In this document: positions 1 to 12,360 of the stretch, one piece after another
Layout of the letters: every line of letters begins with the position of its first letter
How positions within the stretch are numbered: position 1 is the stretch's first letter
Assembly (NCBI GenBank): GCA_951406725.2
Contig: OX597826.1
Span: 37,448,001 to 37,512,000, forward strand
Reading direction: 5' to 3'
Length of the DNA: 64,000 nucleotides
Origin: Octopus vulgaris
Taxonomy: Eukaryota
Notes under the pieces: model-generated
Database searches by the model: none
The model's input: the letters and a program-made list of their open reading frames with translations, nothing else
Told to the model about the DNA's origin: nothing
Made by a program: the position numbers and the translations under genes

Positions 1-1329
1 TTGTACGATTTTATATTCCAACTCCACTACAACAAGATATATTGCAGATAAGTATTTCTGTTATGATCAGCTTTCTGTCTACACTTTAATATATGTGAGT
101 TCAACGAATTAAAGAGCACATTTGAGTGCCTTGGAGAGACGGCATATTTCAGTCGGTATTGCCGATATCATGTTAAGAAAACACGTATATTCCCATAATA
201 ATATAAATTCTCATCTTAAAAGTAATATGAAATCTCTTTGTGATTCCCTCACTATCTATTTATCTATCTATCTGTCTTTCTATTTCTCTCTCTAGCTCTA
301 CTTTGTACATATGTCTACAGATATAGCTAGCCGTCTATGTCAAACACATATGAAGAGGGTGGCTCACATTTGTACGAACATTAATGAATGTCAGATATCG
401 AGAATATTTGATATATATTTATACGCTTACATACACTAGCCAACACATATGCTTCTCTCTCTCTCTCTCTTACTCTCTCTCTCTCTTACTCTCTCTCTCT
501 CCCGCTCTCTCTTTTTTCTCTCTCTCTTTCTGTTATGTGTGTGTATGTGTTAGTGTGCGTATATGTATATATATATGATTGTGTGTATGATTATATGTAT
601 GTATGTATGCATGTATGTATGTATGTATACATATACAGATAAACGTAAAATGGCGAGAGAGAGATAACAAGAGTGATATATTGTACAAGATGTCCACGAA
701 GACAAAGATTGTTATAAGTCAAACATAATTTTTATCTCAGCTAATTTCCTTGTTCAATTTAAAGTAACATAAAATAAAATAAACATTAAACTGAAACCAA
801 TCGGCCGTTCACTAACCTAACAAACAACCATTTCTGAAGAAAATTTCTAAATTTGTAATTTTCAGACGTCTTATGCCATTAGAAAGTTCTCATAAGTAAT
901 ATATTCCTTAAATAACTTCACACTTGAACAAGACTAATAATTGCAAAGGAAATGAGCCAAAACGAAAATTTGCTTAGCAAAATTCTTACATTAGGCCAAA
1001 TATCACACATTACTTTCAAGTAAATAATGGTATTTCGATATTTTGTGGTTGAATTAAAAGATTCTAAAATACCTGATAAAATATATGTTAACAAATTAAA
1101 CCCATGAAACGAATGTAATAAGTTTTAAAATAGTACGAATAAAGTATGCTGCCTTTCATGGAGTGGTTGTGTTTAATGCAGTTCTTAGGGGGAAAGGGTG
1201 GAAGGCATTATATCAAATGGTCCTTTGATCATATTGCAACGGTTGATGTTGAACGTCAGTACATGTGGACCAACTTTTACAGAAAATATTTAATCATAGA
1301 AGTGACTAGTTTTAGCATTTGAACGTGTT

Positions 1330-1920
1330 AAAGAGAATGAACTTCTACAAAAAGCATGAACGGATCAAATAGTCATGAGAAACTTAGGGGTGTGGTAGAA
1401 TATCTTTTAACGCTGTTTTTCAAACATTTTAATCATCATATTATAGAAAGACGGCTTACTTGTGACAAACTGTGGGTGCTACTAATATCTTGGCCTAGAA
1501 ATTGGAGCAGAAATAAGGCTACTGAAATATATTTGCAAATCAAAAGGAATTTTTCTAGGCTACCTTATAAAAATCTACTTGAGATGCACACATAAAACTA
1601 CCAAGACCTTTAATATTATTAAAACGGAACAACAACTGTGAATGCGATTTATACCCGTAGAACCAATCGTATTTTAAGTAATGCACAGAACGTGATTTTT
1701 TACTGCTAAATCAAAAATTTAAGGATCTCTGAGAGTTGTTGGCTGGAGAAGTTATGCTCAAACCAGAATCCCGGCCAAAAGATCTAGTGACAGAGTAAAA
1801 TCTGCTAAGACACAAAAGGACCAAAATGGTGTTAATATTAGTAATAACTAGTTACATGATTTTTAAATATACTGTATATCGGCTCTGCAAATATCAGATA
1901 ACAACATGCCAGAAAAAAAT
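1330..1920 (+). pseudogene. Highly decayed mariner-like transposase remnant
   Basis: ORF 1356-1595 contains IIERRLTCDKLWVL, resembling the mariner first catalytic-Asp motif (IVTCDEKW). The rest is disrupted. Confidence 0.3.
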
Positions 1921-2038
1921 ATTTAATATGCATTCCTTCCAAGAAATACATATTAAATATTTTTAAGCCATCAACACAATATTTTTTTTTTTACATAAAA
2001 TAACGCTCTACATTTATATGGAATCTCAGACCCACGAA

Positions 2039-2379
2039 TACTAACAACTACATTATTTACATTTTTTACAATTGACGGATATTTGTCCTCATCTTTTTTG
2101 TCGTTAACAAAACGTTTCGACTGATATACCCTCCAGCCTTCATCAGGTGTCTTGGAGAAAGTTCGAAGCTGGGTTCTCATTCTTAAGGTATTTTTCGATG
2201 TTATTATTACTATTATTATTATTATTATTCACGTCACTACCTGGAATCGAACTCGGAATCTAAGGGTTAGTAGCCCGCGCTCTTAACCACTATGCCATAT
2301 GCCCGTGGGCATATGTAAATAATTATATAAATACTGTACATAATTCCTCATCTCTTAAATATAGAACTGTACTAACAAC
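2039..2379 (-). mobile_element. tRNA-derived SINE-like element with internal (AAT)n and a 3' hammerhead ribozyme motif
   Basis: Minus strand: A-box-like TGGCATAGTGG and B-box GAGTTCGATTCC in a tRNA-like head (~2233-2304), then (AAT)n, then CTGATGA..GAAAC. Direct repeat TACTAACAAC at 2039-2048 and 2370-2379 (possible TSD). Short hairpin CATATGCCC-GT-GGGCATATG (2296-2315) at the head. Confidence 0.75.
2106..2151 (-). ncRNA. Type I hammerhead ribozyme motif (slightly degenerate)
   Basis: GACAC CUGAUGA A GGCUG-gagggUaUaU-CAGUC GAA ACGU U UUGUU. Intact core, 5-bp stem II with one G-U, palindromic ACGU stem III, GUU triplet. Stem I has a mismatch at the core-proximal pair. Confidence 0.7.
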
Positions 2380-2549
2380 GACATCAAAGAAAGAAAATTG
2401 TTTCGATAAAACTCGCGTCACCTGTCTTTGTTATTCTTATAAAATATTATTTTCCTGCACCTAACTTTTATTTGCCGTAAACGATTCAAAACACTCAAAT
2501 ATTCCAAACTACCACACGGAAGAACAGTAATGGTTAACGAGCCGAATGA

Positions 2550-5500
2550 AGATTAAACTGACGCTTGGGATGTCCAGGAGGAATAAGTTGCAGATTGGCA
2601 ACCTCAATGCTAGCAATTTATCAAAGTACCTAGAGTGGTATTTATTGGTTTAGTTAGAGTTAAAGACGATTGAGTACCCTGCTTAATAGATACTTCCGAA
2701 TGGGATTAGAAGATAACAGGCGGTAATTGATGATAGGGATGCAACGGTGCTATGAAACAGAGAAAATCTAAAGAGAGGAGATGACTTCGTTTACAATTTT
2801 CTAGATTTGCCTCTGATCCTAGAATCTAATATTTTTGGTAGGTTGACTGATGTTTTCAATCGGAAAATGGTTCTCACATGTAACAAACTATTTCTTATGC
2901 AAACTCACTGAAGTTTCATATGCAAACATACACGATCATACATACAGATATGCATGTTTATAGAAACGCATATACGTGTATATGCACAAATGTGTGTATA
3001 TATATATATACAAACACATATATGAATATATGTATATCTATAATCAGACTCATACACACACACACCTATGTATATATAGAGAGAGAGTGTATGAGAGAGT
3101 TGGTAATGTTTATGTATACAGGTTTACGTGCACAAATATATATGTATGTGTGTGCGTGTGTTTGTGTGCATGTATCTGTATGTTCGTATGTATGTATGCA
3201 TGTATGTTTGCAAATATGCGTGCATGTATGTGCGTATGCATGTATGTATATAGTTAAATAGATATTAAAGATAGTCGTAGAGAAATGCTTACATTTAACG
3301 ATATTCTGAAATGCCATCTGCCGTACGAAATCTCAGAAAGTTTGTCCTTTAGTAACTAAAACGGAAAAAAGTCAGGTTCATAAAGTTTGTAAATGCCATT
3401 CTCTACATGTTCCTATTGCTTGTTTCCAAAATACCGAACAGACTAATTGTGATAGTATAATTTTCATGTACGAATGAATGTGGTCACCAATATCATGAGA
3501 CCTTTATAGAGCGATGGTTATTTAATCTTGCAACGGATGTTACTGTCAAAAATAGACAGAAATACTGACAAAGCATGCTATTCATTGAGAATGACATTTA
3601 AAACAGAATTATCCAGTAATTTTGTTTTCTAGATTCTTCTTTAGCAATTTCTCATCATCACCAATGAATGTTCCGACATTTTAACGTTGATATCAAATCC
3701 CTCGTGGAATTGACAAGATCATCTCGGTTAAATTCATTCAGTTTGCATATAAGCATGTCGAATGTTGAGGGAGGTGGGGGTGGGGCTGTTTCTTCTTTCC
3801 TATTCATATAAAATCATCTTAACGCTGATTTACAACTAGTATCTCCATATTATTTTCATTGTTTGTTTTAAACATCTTTCTATTACCTTAATAATGCATC
3901 TGTTCATTCTGAATACATTCTGGAAGATTCAAACTATAATATCTAATCGGCGGCATGGTAGCTTCACTGAGAAAACACACAAAGAGAGGTCGAAACATCG
4001 CCTCATCTTAAAGTCGCCTTTCACAGTTGAATCGCATGTGTTATGAACATACATGGTCAAAGCGAAAATGTCATCCGTTGAAGAAAAATGACGTCGATAG
4101 CATATTCAAGTTCAACTTTGCAGGAATTTAGGTAGAATGAATAAATATTATTGTTCGAATTCTCGCGGTGAGGCGTGCATCCTGGGAACTTCAATTCTTC
4201 CTTAATATTTTCTCTTGTTTTTTTTATGTGTCTTTTTATGTCTGTTAATATAGAATTATTCTATACTATTAATATAGAATTATAGATTGGACGAAACAGC
4301 AAATTTTAGACTTTAGTATGTTAGGTTTTACAATGGCATTACTTTGACAGTTTGTTGTAAAACAGGAAATAGGGTGCATGATCTCCCATATGATTTGAAT
4401 TCTAAATGTTCCATGTTTCAACAGGTTATACCATCCACAAAATACAGAAATAAAAGTCTCAATATCGATTTGTCTTTAATTTAGGAAAGATATACTAGAT
4501 TCTTACTACGGAAAGGTTCATTACATTCTCGAAGACATTAAGAATGTAAATAGGATTAAATGATTAAAACTTGATATTATAGGAAACTTATTTACTTGAT
4601 TGGAATTTACTGTGTTCCTCAAATGGAAATTTTCTAAACCACCGCCCACATGTTAGAACCATTAGAGACAATATGGGATAATTAAAATGGCAAACAAGCC
4701 TGCAGGTGCAGATATGCCGGAATTCCTCGAAGAATCCCAAGGGCTATAGTACATTCTGCATATATATTAAACTCAGTGCTAATCAGCCTAGGTTCGGATA
4801 CAATTGATGTGATATGATAATAGCGATGTTCGTTGTGGATTCGAAACAATATAAAGACTTTCTGCAGAGAGGAAACGGATTTAAAAGAAGGTATGATGTT
4901 CAGGTTAGTAAAATAAATCTAAACAACGCATTTAGGAGGTAAGTTAATTAAAAAAGAAAGCTCTGATGAAGTGTCAGGTGAAGAAACAAATACGAGCGAA
5001 TAAAGCAAGTCACAACCTTGCAAATTCTTAAGAATTTATGAACCAGACATATTACAGCATTCACAGATGAGAGGGAAAAAATCGGAATTGTATAGACTCA
5101 TCTGATTAACATTTAAGGTAGAGCTAATTGTTAAAAATTTAAACACCAGAGTTAATTGTCAAGAGCCGGAACTGATAGTCTAGCTTCTACCAATATAATC
5201 TACAGTTATATTAATCTTAGCTGGATGCAGTGTGAATTAACATAAATATAAAAATAATAACTATCTTTAGAAGGCATCACACAAAATTTGATGTATAAAG
5301 TTTATGTATTTACATATAAACTACAATGAAATATCAGCAATGTACTACATGCGTATCATACAGCAGGATACTTGAAAACTACGATAAATTAAAGCAGGGA
5401 AATGATTATAATTTCTGTTTTGACGAAGGCCACCAAAAATCAAACAAAAGCTAACGTGACGGACTATATTGGGGAGAAGGGGGCAAAATAAAAAAAAACA

Positions 5501-5760
5501 TAAATTGTGAAAAGCCTTTAGACTATGGCGATACAGAATTACTTGATAAAATAATATCAGGAAAAGACCCCACAGATCCGCAATTGACACAGGTCTGACT
5601 CTGCAGTGTGGGGCTGAAATATGAGTCTAAAGGATGTATCACTGGAGAAGGCATCAAAAACTACCAGCATTATGAAATGTCGCAGAATACATTAAGTATC
5701 CGTAGAATTTGTGGATGAAGAAGAAACAATTAAGTAGATTGTAGAATGCATCTCCTTGGC
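2550..5760 (+). mobile_element. Ancient fragmented LINE (RTE-like endonuclease/RT) remnant, interrupted by microsatellites
   Basis: Colinear degenerate motifs: LQIGNLNA (APE N-terminus, ~2590), NKPAGAD (cf. KAPGPD, ~4695), FVVDSK (cf. FVDFEK, ~4830), LQCGAEI* (cf. LLYGAETW, ~5600). Many stops and frameshifts. Confidence 0.45.
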
Positions 5761-6174
5761 GAGTTTCTTTTTAAATCAATATAGAATATAGCAGCAACAA
5801 TAATGCTGCAGAATGTTCATTCATTCGAAATTATGTAACCTTTATGAAATATCTACTGAAAAGAGTAAAGCAATCATATTTGTATGTAATGGCATTCATA
5901 AGGAGTCAATAATATTCGGCATTGGTTTCAAAGATTAACTGGTGAAAAGTATGTTTTAATCGAAGAGGCAATCCCAAAAGACAATTATTGGTTCAAGATG
6001 ATCTCAAAACAGAGATAGCCATAACATATGAAGTGGAAACTGAAACAAATTGTGTGCTAATAAGCGTCATGAGAATAAGGAAGAATCGAAAGGCAAGAAA
6101 ATAACCAAAAGTGTAGGATTTAATTACACATACGTGTACACAATCACGCCCACACACATACGCACACACATATT

Positions 6175-6207
<33 letters not shown>

Positions 6208-6235
6208 CACATATGTATGTGTGAGTGTGTATGTA

Positions 6236-6907
6236 TAAGAGATATTATCAAAACGTTCACGGACTAGTTATGTTTAACAAAAAATAACTTATTTACCTAA
6301 ATTTTAACATCCTCTTCTTCGAAATAGTCACCTTGCGCAGCAATACACCGTCTCAGCGTTCCTGCCACTTATGGAATCCAGCCTGGAAGTCATTTTCCGT
6401 AAGCGAGTGGAGGACATTCTGCGATTCGCTCTGGATCTCGACAAACGCGTTAAAACAGCGAGCTTTGAGCTGCATTTTCCTCTTGAGGAAAAGATGGAAG
6501 TTCACAGGTAATAAATCTGGAGAATAGGGCAGGTGTGGAAGCGATACGGTGTTGTTTTTGGTGAGAAACTGGCGTGTGAGGAAAGCTCGGTGACTGGGTG
6601 CATTGTCGTCGTGAAGAATCCAAATCTACGTGCTGCACAGATCTGATCGATTTCGCCGAATGATATCCCTTCGAAATGTCACAGTAGAACACTCGATTGA
6701 TGGTCTGGCCCTGCAAAACGAATTCTCGATGTACAATATCACATTTCTGGGAGTGACACTCGTGGCAGATCTTCCAAAGTATTCATCGTCTTCCATGAAC
6801 GTATTTCCTCATTTGAAGGACCCGTCCTATTCAAAATATTGCGTACGACCCTTTGTCTCGTAGCACACTATAGAACTAGTCCGTGAACTTCTTGATACCA
6901 CCTCGTG
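6236..6907 (-). mobile_element. Internally deleted mariner (Tc1/mariner) DNA transposon
   Basis: ~34-bp imperfect TIRs (6236-6269 / 6874-6907, shared core GTTCACGGACTAGTT) flanked by TA on both sides. Minus-strand translation gives QGQTINRVFYCDI and WILHDDNAPSHRAFLTRQFLTKNNTVSLPHLPYSPDLLPVNFHLF...FHKWQER, i.e. the HDNA and YSPDL(A)P mariner motifs, with frameshifts and a stop. Confidence 0.92.
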
Positions 6908-6998
6908 TATGTATTTATGTATATATATATATATATATATATACATATGAATAAATAAATAAATGGAGTTGAACGAAGATGTTAATAAAATTCTTTTA

Positions 6999-7080
6999 CT
7001 TTCGACATATGTTTCGAAGACAATATGGTTTTATTCCAAAGGAATAAATGGTGTAAAATGCAATTTTCTCATCAGGAAAG
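6999..7080 (-). ncRNA. Type I hammerhead ribozyme motif with extended stem II
   Basis: CUUUC CUGAUGA GAA...UUC GAA ACAUAUGU C GAAAG. Perfect 5-bp stem I, canonical core, palindromic ACAUAUGU stem III, GUC cleavage triplet. Stem II insert contains the hairpin UUUAUUCC-UUU-GGAAUAAA. Sits in a ~270-bp island (6947-7218) between two (TA)n arrays. Confidence 0.75.
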
Positions 7081-7213
7081 AAGGAGAGCCTCTCTCAACA
7101 ACAAGACATTATAACAATTACGATGACTCCCTACATGATAAACAGAACGTTATTAAGTATTTAAAAAGAACTGTTTCCATGTTAACGGTAAACATAGGAT
7201 TATTCATTCACCC

Positions 7214-7260
<47 letters not shown>

Positions 7261-7570
7261 TGTCATTTAATACTAAGATATGGACGTAGCAGGGAACCTA
7301 CAAAAACTTCCAAGACCAGTTATGTGACTATCCTCTACCAATGAAGTCTTATTCAAGACATATACTAATTTGAGCCATGAGATCCCTATAAAAATAGGGC
7401 AAGCTTCAAACAGTAGTCAGAAGCAAGACGACTGCAGCTTAAGTTACGTCTTTCTATTTCAGGTTTTTGAGAATCAGTATAAACTGTAAAACATTAAATG
7501 TAATTTTTAAAAAATATTTTAACTATTCTCAGTGCATTTTCAACTTCTAGTTTTCCAATGTATATATATA

Positions 7571-7785
7571 TCACTTTGATCACTTTCACCGACCAGTCCG
7601 TCAGGCGTCTATTTGACACCGCTGGTCACAGCACGCTGTCCACTCCTCTCTAGATCGCGCCTTTCTCATCCACGTGATCCCAATCGTCCTCTTGAAATCG
7701 TCACTCCACCGTCGTGGAGGTCTTCCGGGTGGTCTTTTCCGCTCACGCGGGTACCACTCGACAACTGCGTGCGTCCACGCACGCA

Positions 7786-7786
<1 letters not shown>
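7571..7786 (-). mobile_element. 5'-truncated RTE-clade LINE 3' end inserted in (TA)n
   Basis: Minus strand reads WTHAVVEWYPRERKRPPGRPPRRWSDDFKRTIGITWMRKARSREEWTACCDQRCQIDA*, a typical RTE ORF C-terminus. It is followed by a short 3' UTR with an AAAGTGA repeat tail and flanked by (TA)n on both sides. Confidence 0.85.
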
Positions 7787-7857
<71 letters not shown>

Positions 7858-9025
7858 AAACAGCTGTAATTCACACGCACATGTATATTGCGTTGCATAC
7901 TCCCTGTATTTTAGAAAACAACCAAAGCAAGGTTCTACATGTAGTCAAAGTGCACAGTTCAGCGCTGATGGCTGCAGTTAAAGCGCACAGTAAATATAAG
8001 GCTGATGAATATCTTTTTGCGAATTTAGTTTGGAAAGCAAACACACAACTGATATGACGTAATAGATGGATTTTCCTGAAACTTTTGCAAAGAGCGAAGT
8101 GGATGAATCAAGTTTCTTTTCATAAATTACCATATTTCTACGATTGTTATTTCACCTAAATCTGAGAGGAATCAGGGAAATAGGCTTGAAAGAATAACAA
8201 TGATAATGAAGTCCATAAATAATTAGTTTTTACCATCAAATTGAAAATTGCGAAAGCTTCAACTATTCACTGTTCTCAACATTTCTCAGAGCTTTCAAAG
8301 AAATTAATCCCTCTTTTCAAAATGTGTCTTTAAGGATCAAAAAGTTTCCGATCCAATAAAAACTCCAATTTTCTGGTATCGATATCAAAATGAAAACTCC
8401 AAATTGCCCGTAGATTTGTAATTAGTTGAGGAGAAAGAAAATTACAATTCAACAGGAGAATAATACAAACCAATCTTTTGTCAAAATACCTTATGTACTT
8501 CAACAATGAATAGGCTTTAGTGCAGTAATCCTCACCAGTATACGTTGCCGCATCAAGACCAAACTATTCATTCGGTCACAGAAGCTACATTGAAATATAA
8601 ACCTAAATAATGCTAGGATAGGCTCTGTCAGGATATTGCATTCTCTGTGCAATTATTTATAGAATTAAAGAAACGATAAATTAGTCTTCATAGGAATTCG
8701 TTTTAATTATAATGATGAAAATAAATCAACATTGTGTAAAGGGAGATGGAGTGTGAATGAGAAAATTTGTGCGATTCGACTCTGAATGTGAATCTCTTTC
8801 TGATATTGTTAGAATAGAAAGCTGAAGAACATGATTTCAATTGTTTTTTAGAAATTATAAAGTGGGGCAGGGACGATGTGGCTCTTTTTACTGTTCAACT
8901 GTTTTAAAAACACACTTTCAGAGATGCTCTAGTTTTTCATACGTAACTTCACACACACGTATAATTATAAACGCACGAGCGTAATATGGAGTAAATGGAG
9001 TAAGAACACACACGAAAACAAAAAG

Positions 9026-9069
9026 TGCCGCTGAAGAGGGCACAGATGTGTGACGAAAGATTTCTGGAC
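9026..9069 (+). ncRNA. Degenerate type I hammerhead motif
   Basis: CCG CUGAAGA G GGCACA-GAUG-UGUGAC GAA AGAUUU C UGG. Core intact, stem II 5 of 6 pairs, stem III one change from the palindrome AGAUCU, 3-bp stem I. Confidence 0.5.
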
Positions 9070-9204
9070 AATGGACATGAATTAAAATAATGAAATACGA
9101 ACAGTAATAAACGAGTGAAGAAAAAAACATATATAGTGCGTGTGTTTATTTGACAAAACTAAAACAAAATGACCGTCCCGAAATACAACAATATATATAT
9201 ATAC

Positions 9205-9280
<76 letters not shown>

Positions 9281-9699
9281 GACATGATATGAAAACTGAC
9301 AAAATATTTTCACGTCATGAATAAGAGATCAATGAAGTCCATAGGTAAAAGGAGTTGACAAGAGATACTTCTGACAGAGCGGTCGAATCTTATTCCTATA
9401 CCAATTGCGACAAAACTCTCTCCAGGAATGGAGTTTCCCTCGGTATTCGGGCCCATTCGGCGGTTACAGAGGACATAACGTCTCGTTTTACAGAAGCTAC
9501 AATGGTGATGATTAAAGATGAGGAGAGAAATATATGAATGTTGGTGTAGGTAGTTTTTAAGACCCGTATTCATTGCCTTTCGGATAAATTAAATACAAAT
9601 GAAACACTGGGGTCAGTGATTTGATATTTATACAACGATGACTGCGACAAAAACTATAACGCCTTCAACACCGACAACAACTACAATGATAGTCATAAC

Positions 9700-9918
9700 A
9701 ATAATGATTTCAAACTTTTGCCACATGATCAGCCTGTGGGGAGGGGATTAGTTCGATTACATCGACACCAGTGTTTGACTGGTACTTAATTTATCAACCC
9801 AGAAAGAATGAAAGACAAAGTCGACTTCGGTGGAATTTGAACGCAGAGAGTAATGACGGGCGAAATACCACTAAACATTCCGTCCAGCGTGCTAACGATT
9901 CTGCCAGCTCGCTGCCTT
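9700..9918 (-). mobile_element. SINE family A (monomer copy)
   Basis: Reverse complement of the family seen at 11840-12236 (CTGGTACTTAATTTATC...AAAGTCGAC...GCTAACG.TTCTGCCAGCTCGC). Confidence 0.85.
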
Positions 9919-10618
9919 GTTAGGGGTAACAATAATAACAGTAACTACAACATCAAAATCAACAACAATGGCCAGTTTGTGAGCAACAAAATACTAACAA
10001 CAATAACTAATGATAACACTAACAACTACACTAGCAATAAGGTCAATCCGAACAACTGTTATGATATTTGGTAACGTTTCTTGAATTCTATACTGAAATC
10101 AATGAGTAAATCACAACAAAATAATCGAAAACAATAGAAATTAATTGAAATATCTTCAAAACTTTAATTCTATTTTCATATCCAACTCTAACTTGAAAAA
10201 AAAATAAAACTTCTTTTTAAGAAGTTTTAAAATTAAATTTGCCTTAAGTGGAAGTGTTAACTAGAAAGAATTAAAAACATAAACAAAAACGAAGAAAAAT
10301 CAACCCAATTAAAAGATCAATACCGTATATATTGTTAAATATAAAACATGTTTTACCCGATATAGGTTTTCACTTACACTGCACCGAGTAATCTTTTCCT
10401 AACATTACCAACTTGAGATTTTTGGGGGAAAATATTTGTTTTCAGATTAAATGTAGACTTGTATTTTGTTTCTATTTTTTTTACCTAACTATATCTAAGT
10501 TTATCTCCTTTTTTGGAATACATTCTCAAAAGCTTTCCAGATTAACATACACATCTACACGGCACCAGTCTACTTCAGCACTTATCTGCGCTTATACATC
10601 CGTACATATATACATACA

Positions 10619-10649
<31 letters not shown>

Positions 10650-10669
10650 ATGTCCATGTACACTCTCTC

Positions 10670-10709
<40 letters not shown>

Positions 10710-11371
10710 GAATTTATATATTTGTGTGTGCCTCTTTGTGTGTGCATGCCGACGCATACAACATCTTAAGAATGCATATTAATACAAGTGTCCCATTATC
10801 TTCAATTATACATATAGATACACACACTCTTACACACAAAACACAGGCACATATAAATGTATGTGCGTGCGTGTGTTTGTGTATACAAACAAACAAACAC
10901 ATATATGTGTCACAATACGAAATCAATATGAGAAAATATATTCGAAGATATGTGGAAACGTAAACAAAAATATTGCAACACACATCAAACTAGCACAACA
11001 ATAAGAACCACACAAGCAACAACCGAAACGAAGAGAGATAGGAACGAAAGAGATAAGACTGACTCGCTAAATAGAAGTGAATAAATAAGATAAGAAACAC
11101 ACACTAACAAATGAAGGGAAATATTAATCAGAGTGAAAGAAATTAGAATATAACTTCAAGACGAGAGGAAACATTAAGAAAACAGCAATAGATTAATGGA
11201 ACATAAAGATGTTTAGTAAAGAAACAGTGACTATAAATTTATTGAGGTGCCATTGAAAGAAATGGTCGTATATACAGACATAGGAATGTATGTATGTATG
11301 CATGCAAGCATGTACGTATGTATGTATGAATGTATGTGCGTATATGTATGCATGTGTGTATGTATTTATTC

Positions 11372-11421
<50 letters not shown>

Positions 11422-11839
11422 GTATATGTATAAATATATGTATATATATATATATGCATATATATGTGTGTGTATGTATTTATATATCTATCTATCTATA
11501 TGTGTGTGTGTGTGTGTGTGTGTGTTTGTAGGTATGTATGTATATTGTGTGTGTGTGTACTCGTATTCTGAGTCTATCGGCGCCGTCGCAGCCTCTCGTT
11601 GCACGTGTCCGCCTGCAACCTATGGGTATGTCTGTTGTGTAAATATATATTGTTAGTAGAAAGATATTAGTTCACTGAATGATCTATTAATCTGAGAACA
11701 TCTTTGAAAAAAACGCATAGTATTTTGTAGATAAGACAGATATTCAAATTTTAATGAATAAAAAGGACTCAAAGTAACAAAAAAGCATTGAAACATCATG
11801 AATTTATGTCATTATTTCATTAACACAAGATGTCTCGCA

Positions 11840-12236
11840 AAGCGGCGAACTGCCAGAAACGTTAGCACGCCGGGCGAAATGCTTAGCGTTATTTCATCTG
11901 TGTATACGTTCTGAATTCAAATTCCACCAAGGTCGACTTTGCCTTTCATCCTTTTGGTGTCGATAAATTAAGTACCAGTTAGGCACTGGGGTCGATATAA
12001 TCGACTTAATCCATTTGTCTGTCGTTGTTTGTCCTCTCTGTGTTTAGCCCCTTGTGGGTAGTAAAGAAATAGGTATTTCGTCTGCCGCTACGTTCTGAGT
12101 TCAAATTCCGCCGAGGTCGACTTTGCTTTCATCCGTTCGGAGTCGATAAATAGGCACCATTTGCCTATTACGGGTTGATGTAATCGACTGGCCCCTCCCC
12201 AAATAATTCTGGCCTTGTGCCTTGAGTAGAAAGGAA
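11840..12236 (+). mobile_element. SINE family A, internally dimeric copy
   Basis: tRNA-like head, two copies of the GAGTTCAAATTCC..GGTCGACTTTGCCTTTCATCC..GTCGATAAA block, and a GGCCTTGTGCC..GTAGAAAGG tail. TSD-like ACAAGAT(G/A)TCT at 11825-11835 and 12238-12248. Confidence 0.9.
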
Positions 12237-12294
12237 TACAAGATATCTAAAAAATATTATTTTGTGTTCTCTTACACGTATATCTAATTAAACA

Positions 12295-12360
12295 TTTCCT
12301 TATTATTTCAGAAAAACACTTCCTTATTATTTCAGTTTCCTTATTATTTCAGAAAAACCT
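12295..12360. repeat. Three copies of TTCCTTATTATTTCAG
   Basis: Directly visible 16-bp unit repeated three times. Confidence 0.85.

Noticed and set aside
2233-2304. tRNA genes here and at 37280-37352 and 60780-60850
   Set aside because: A/B boxes are present but there is no complete cloverleaf or acceptor stem, and each runs into a SINE body.
11565-11635. Short GC-rich patch resembling a micro-exon
   Set aside because: No coherent acceptor and donor pair on either strand, and no recognisable peptide.
12295-12360. CRISPR-like short repeats
   Set aside because: Eukaryotic context, 16-bp AT-rich units, no proper spacers and no cas genes.
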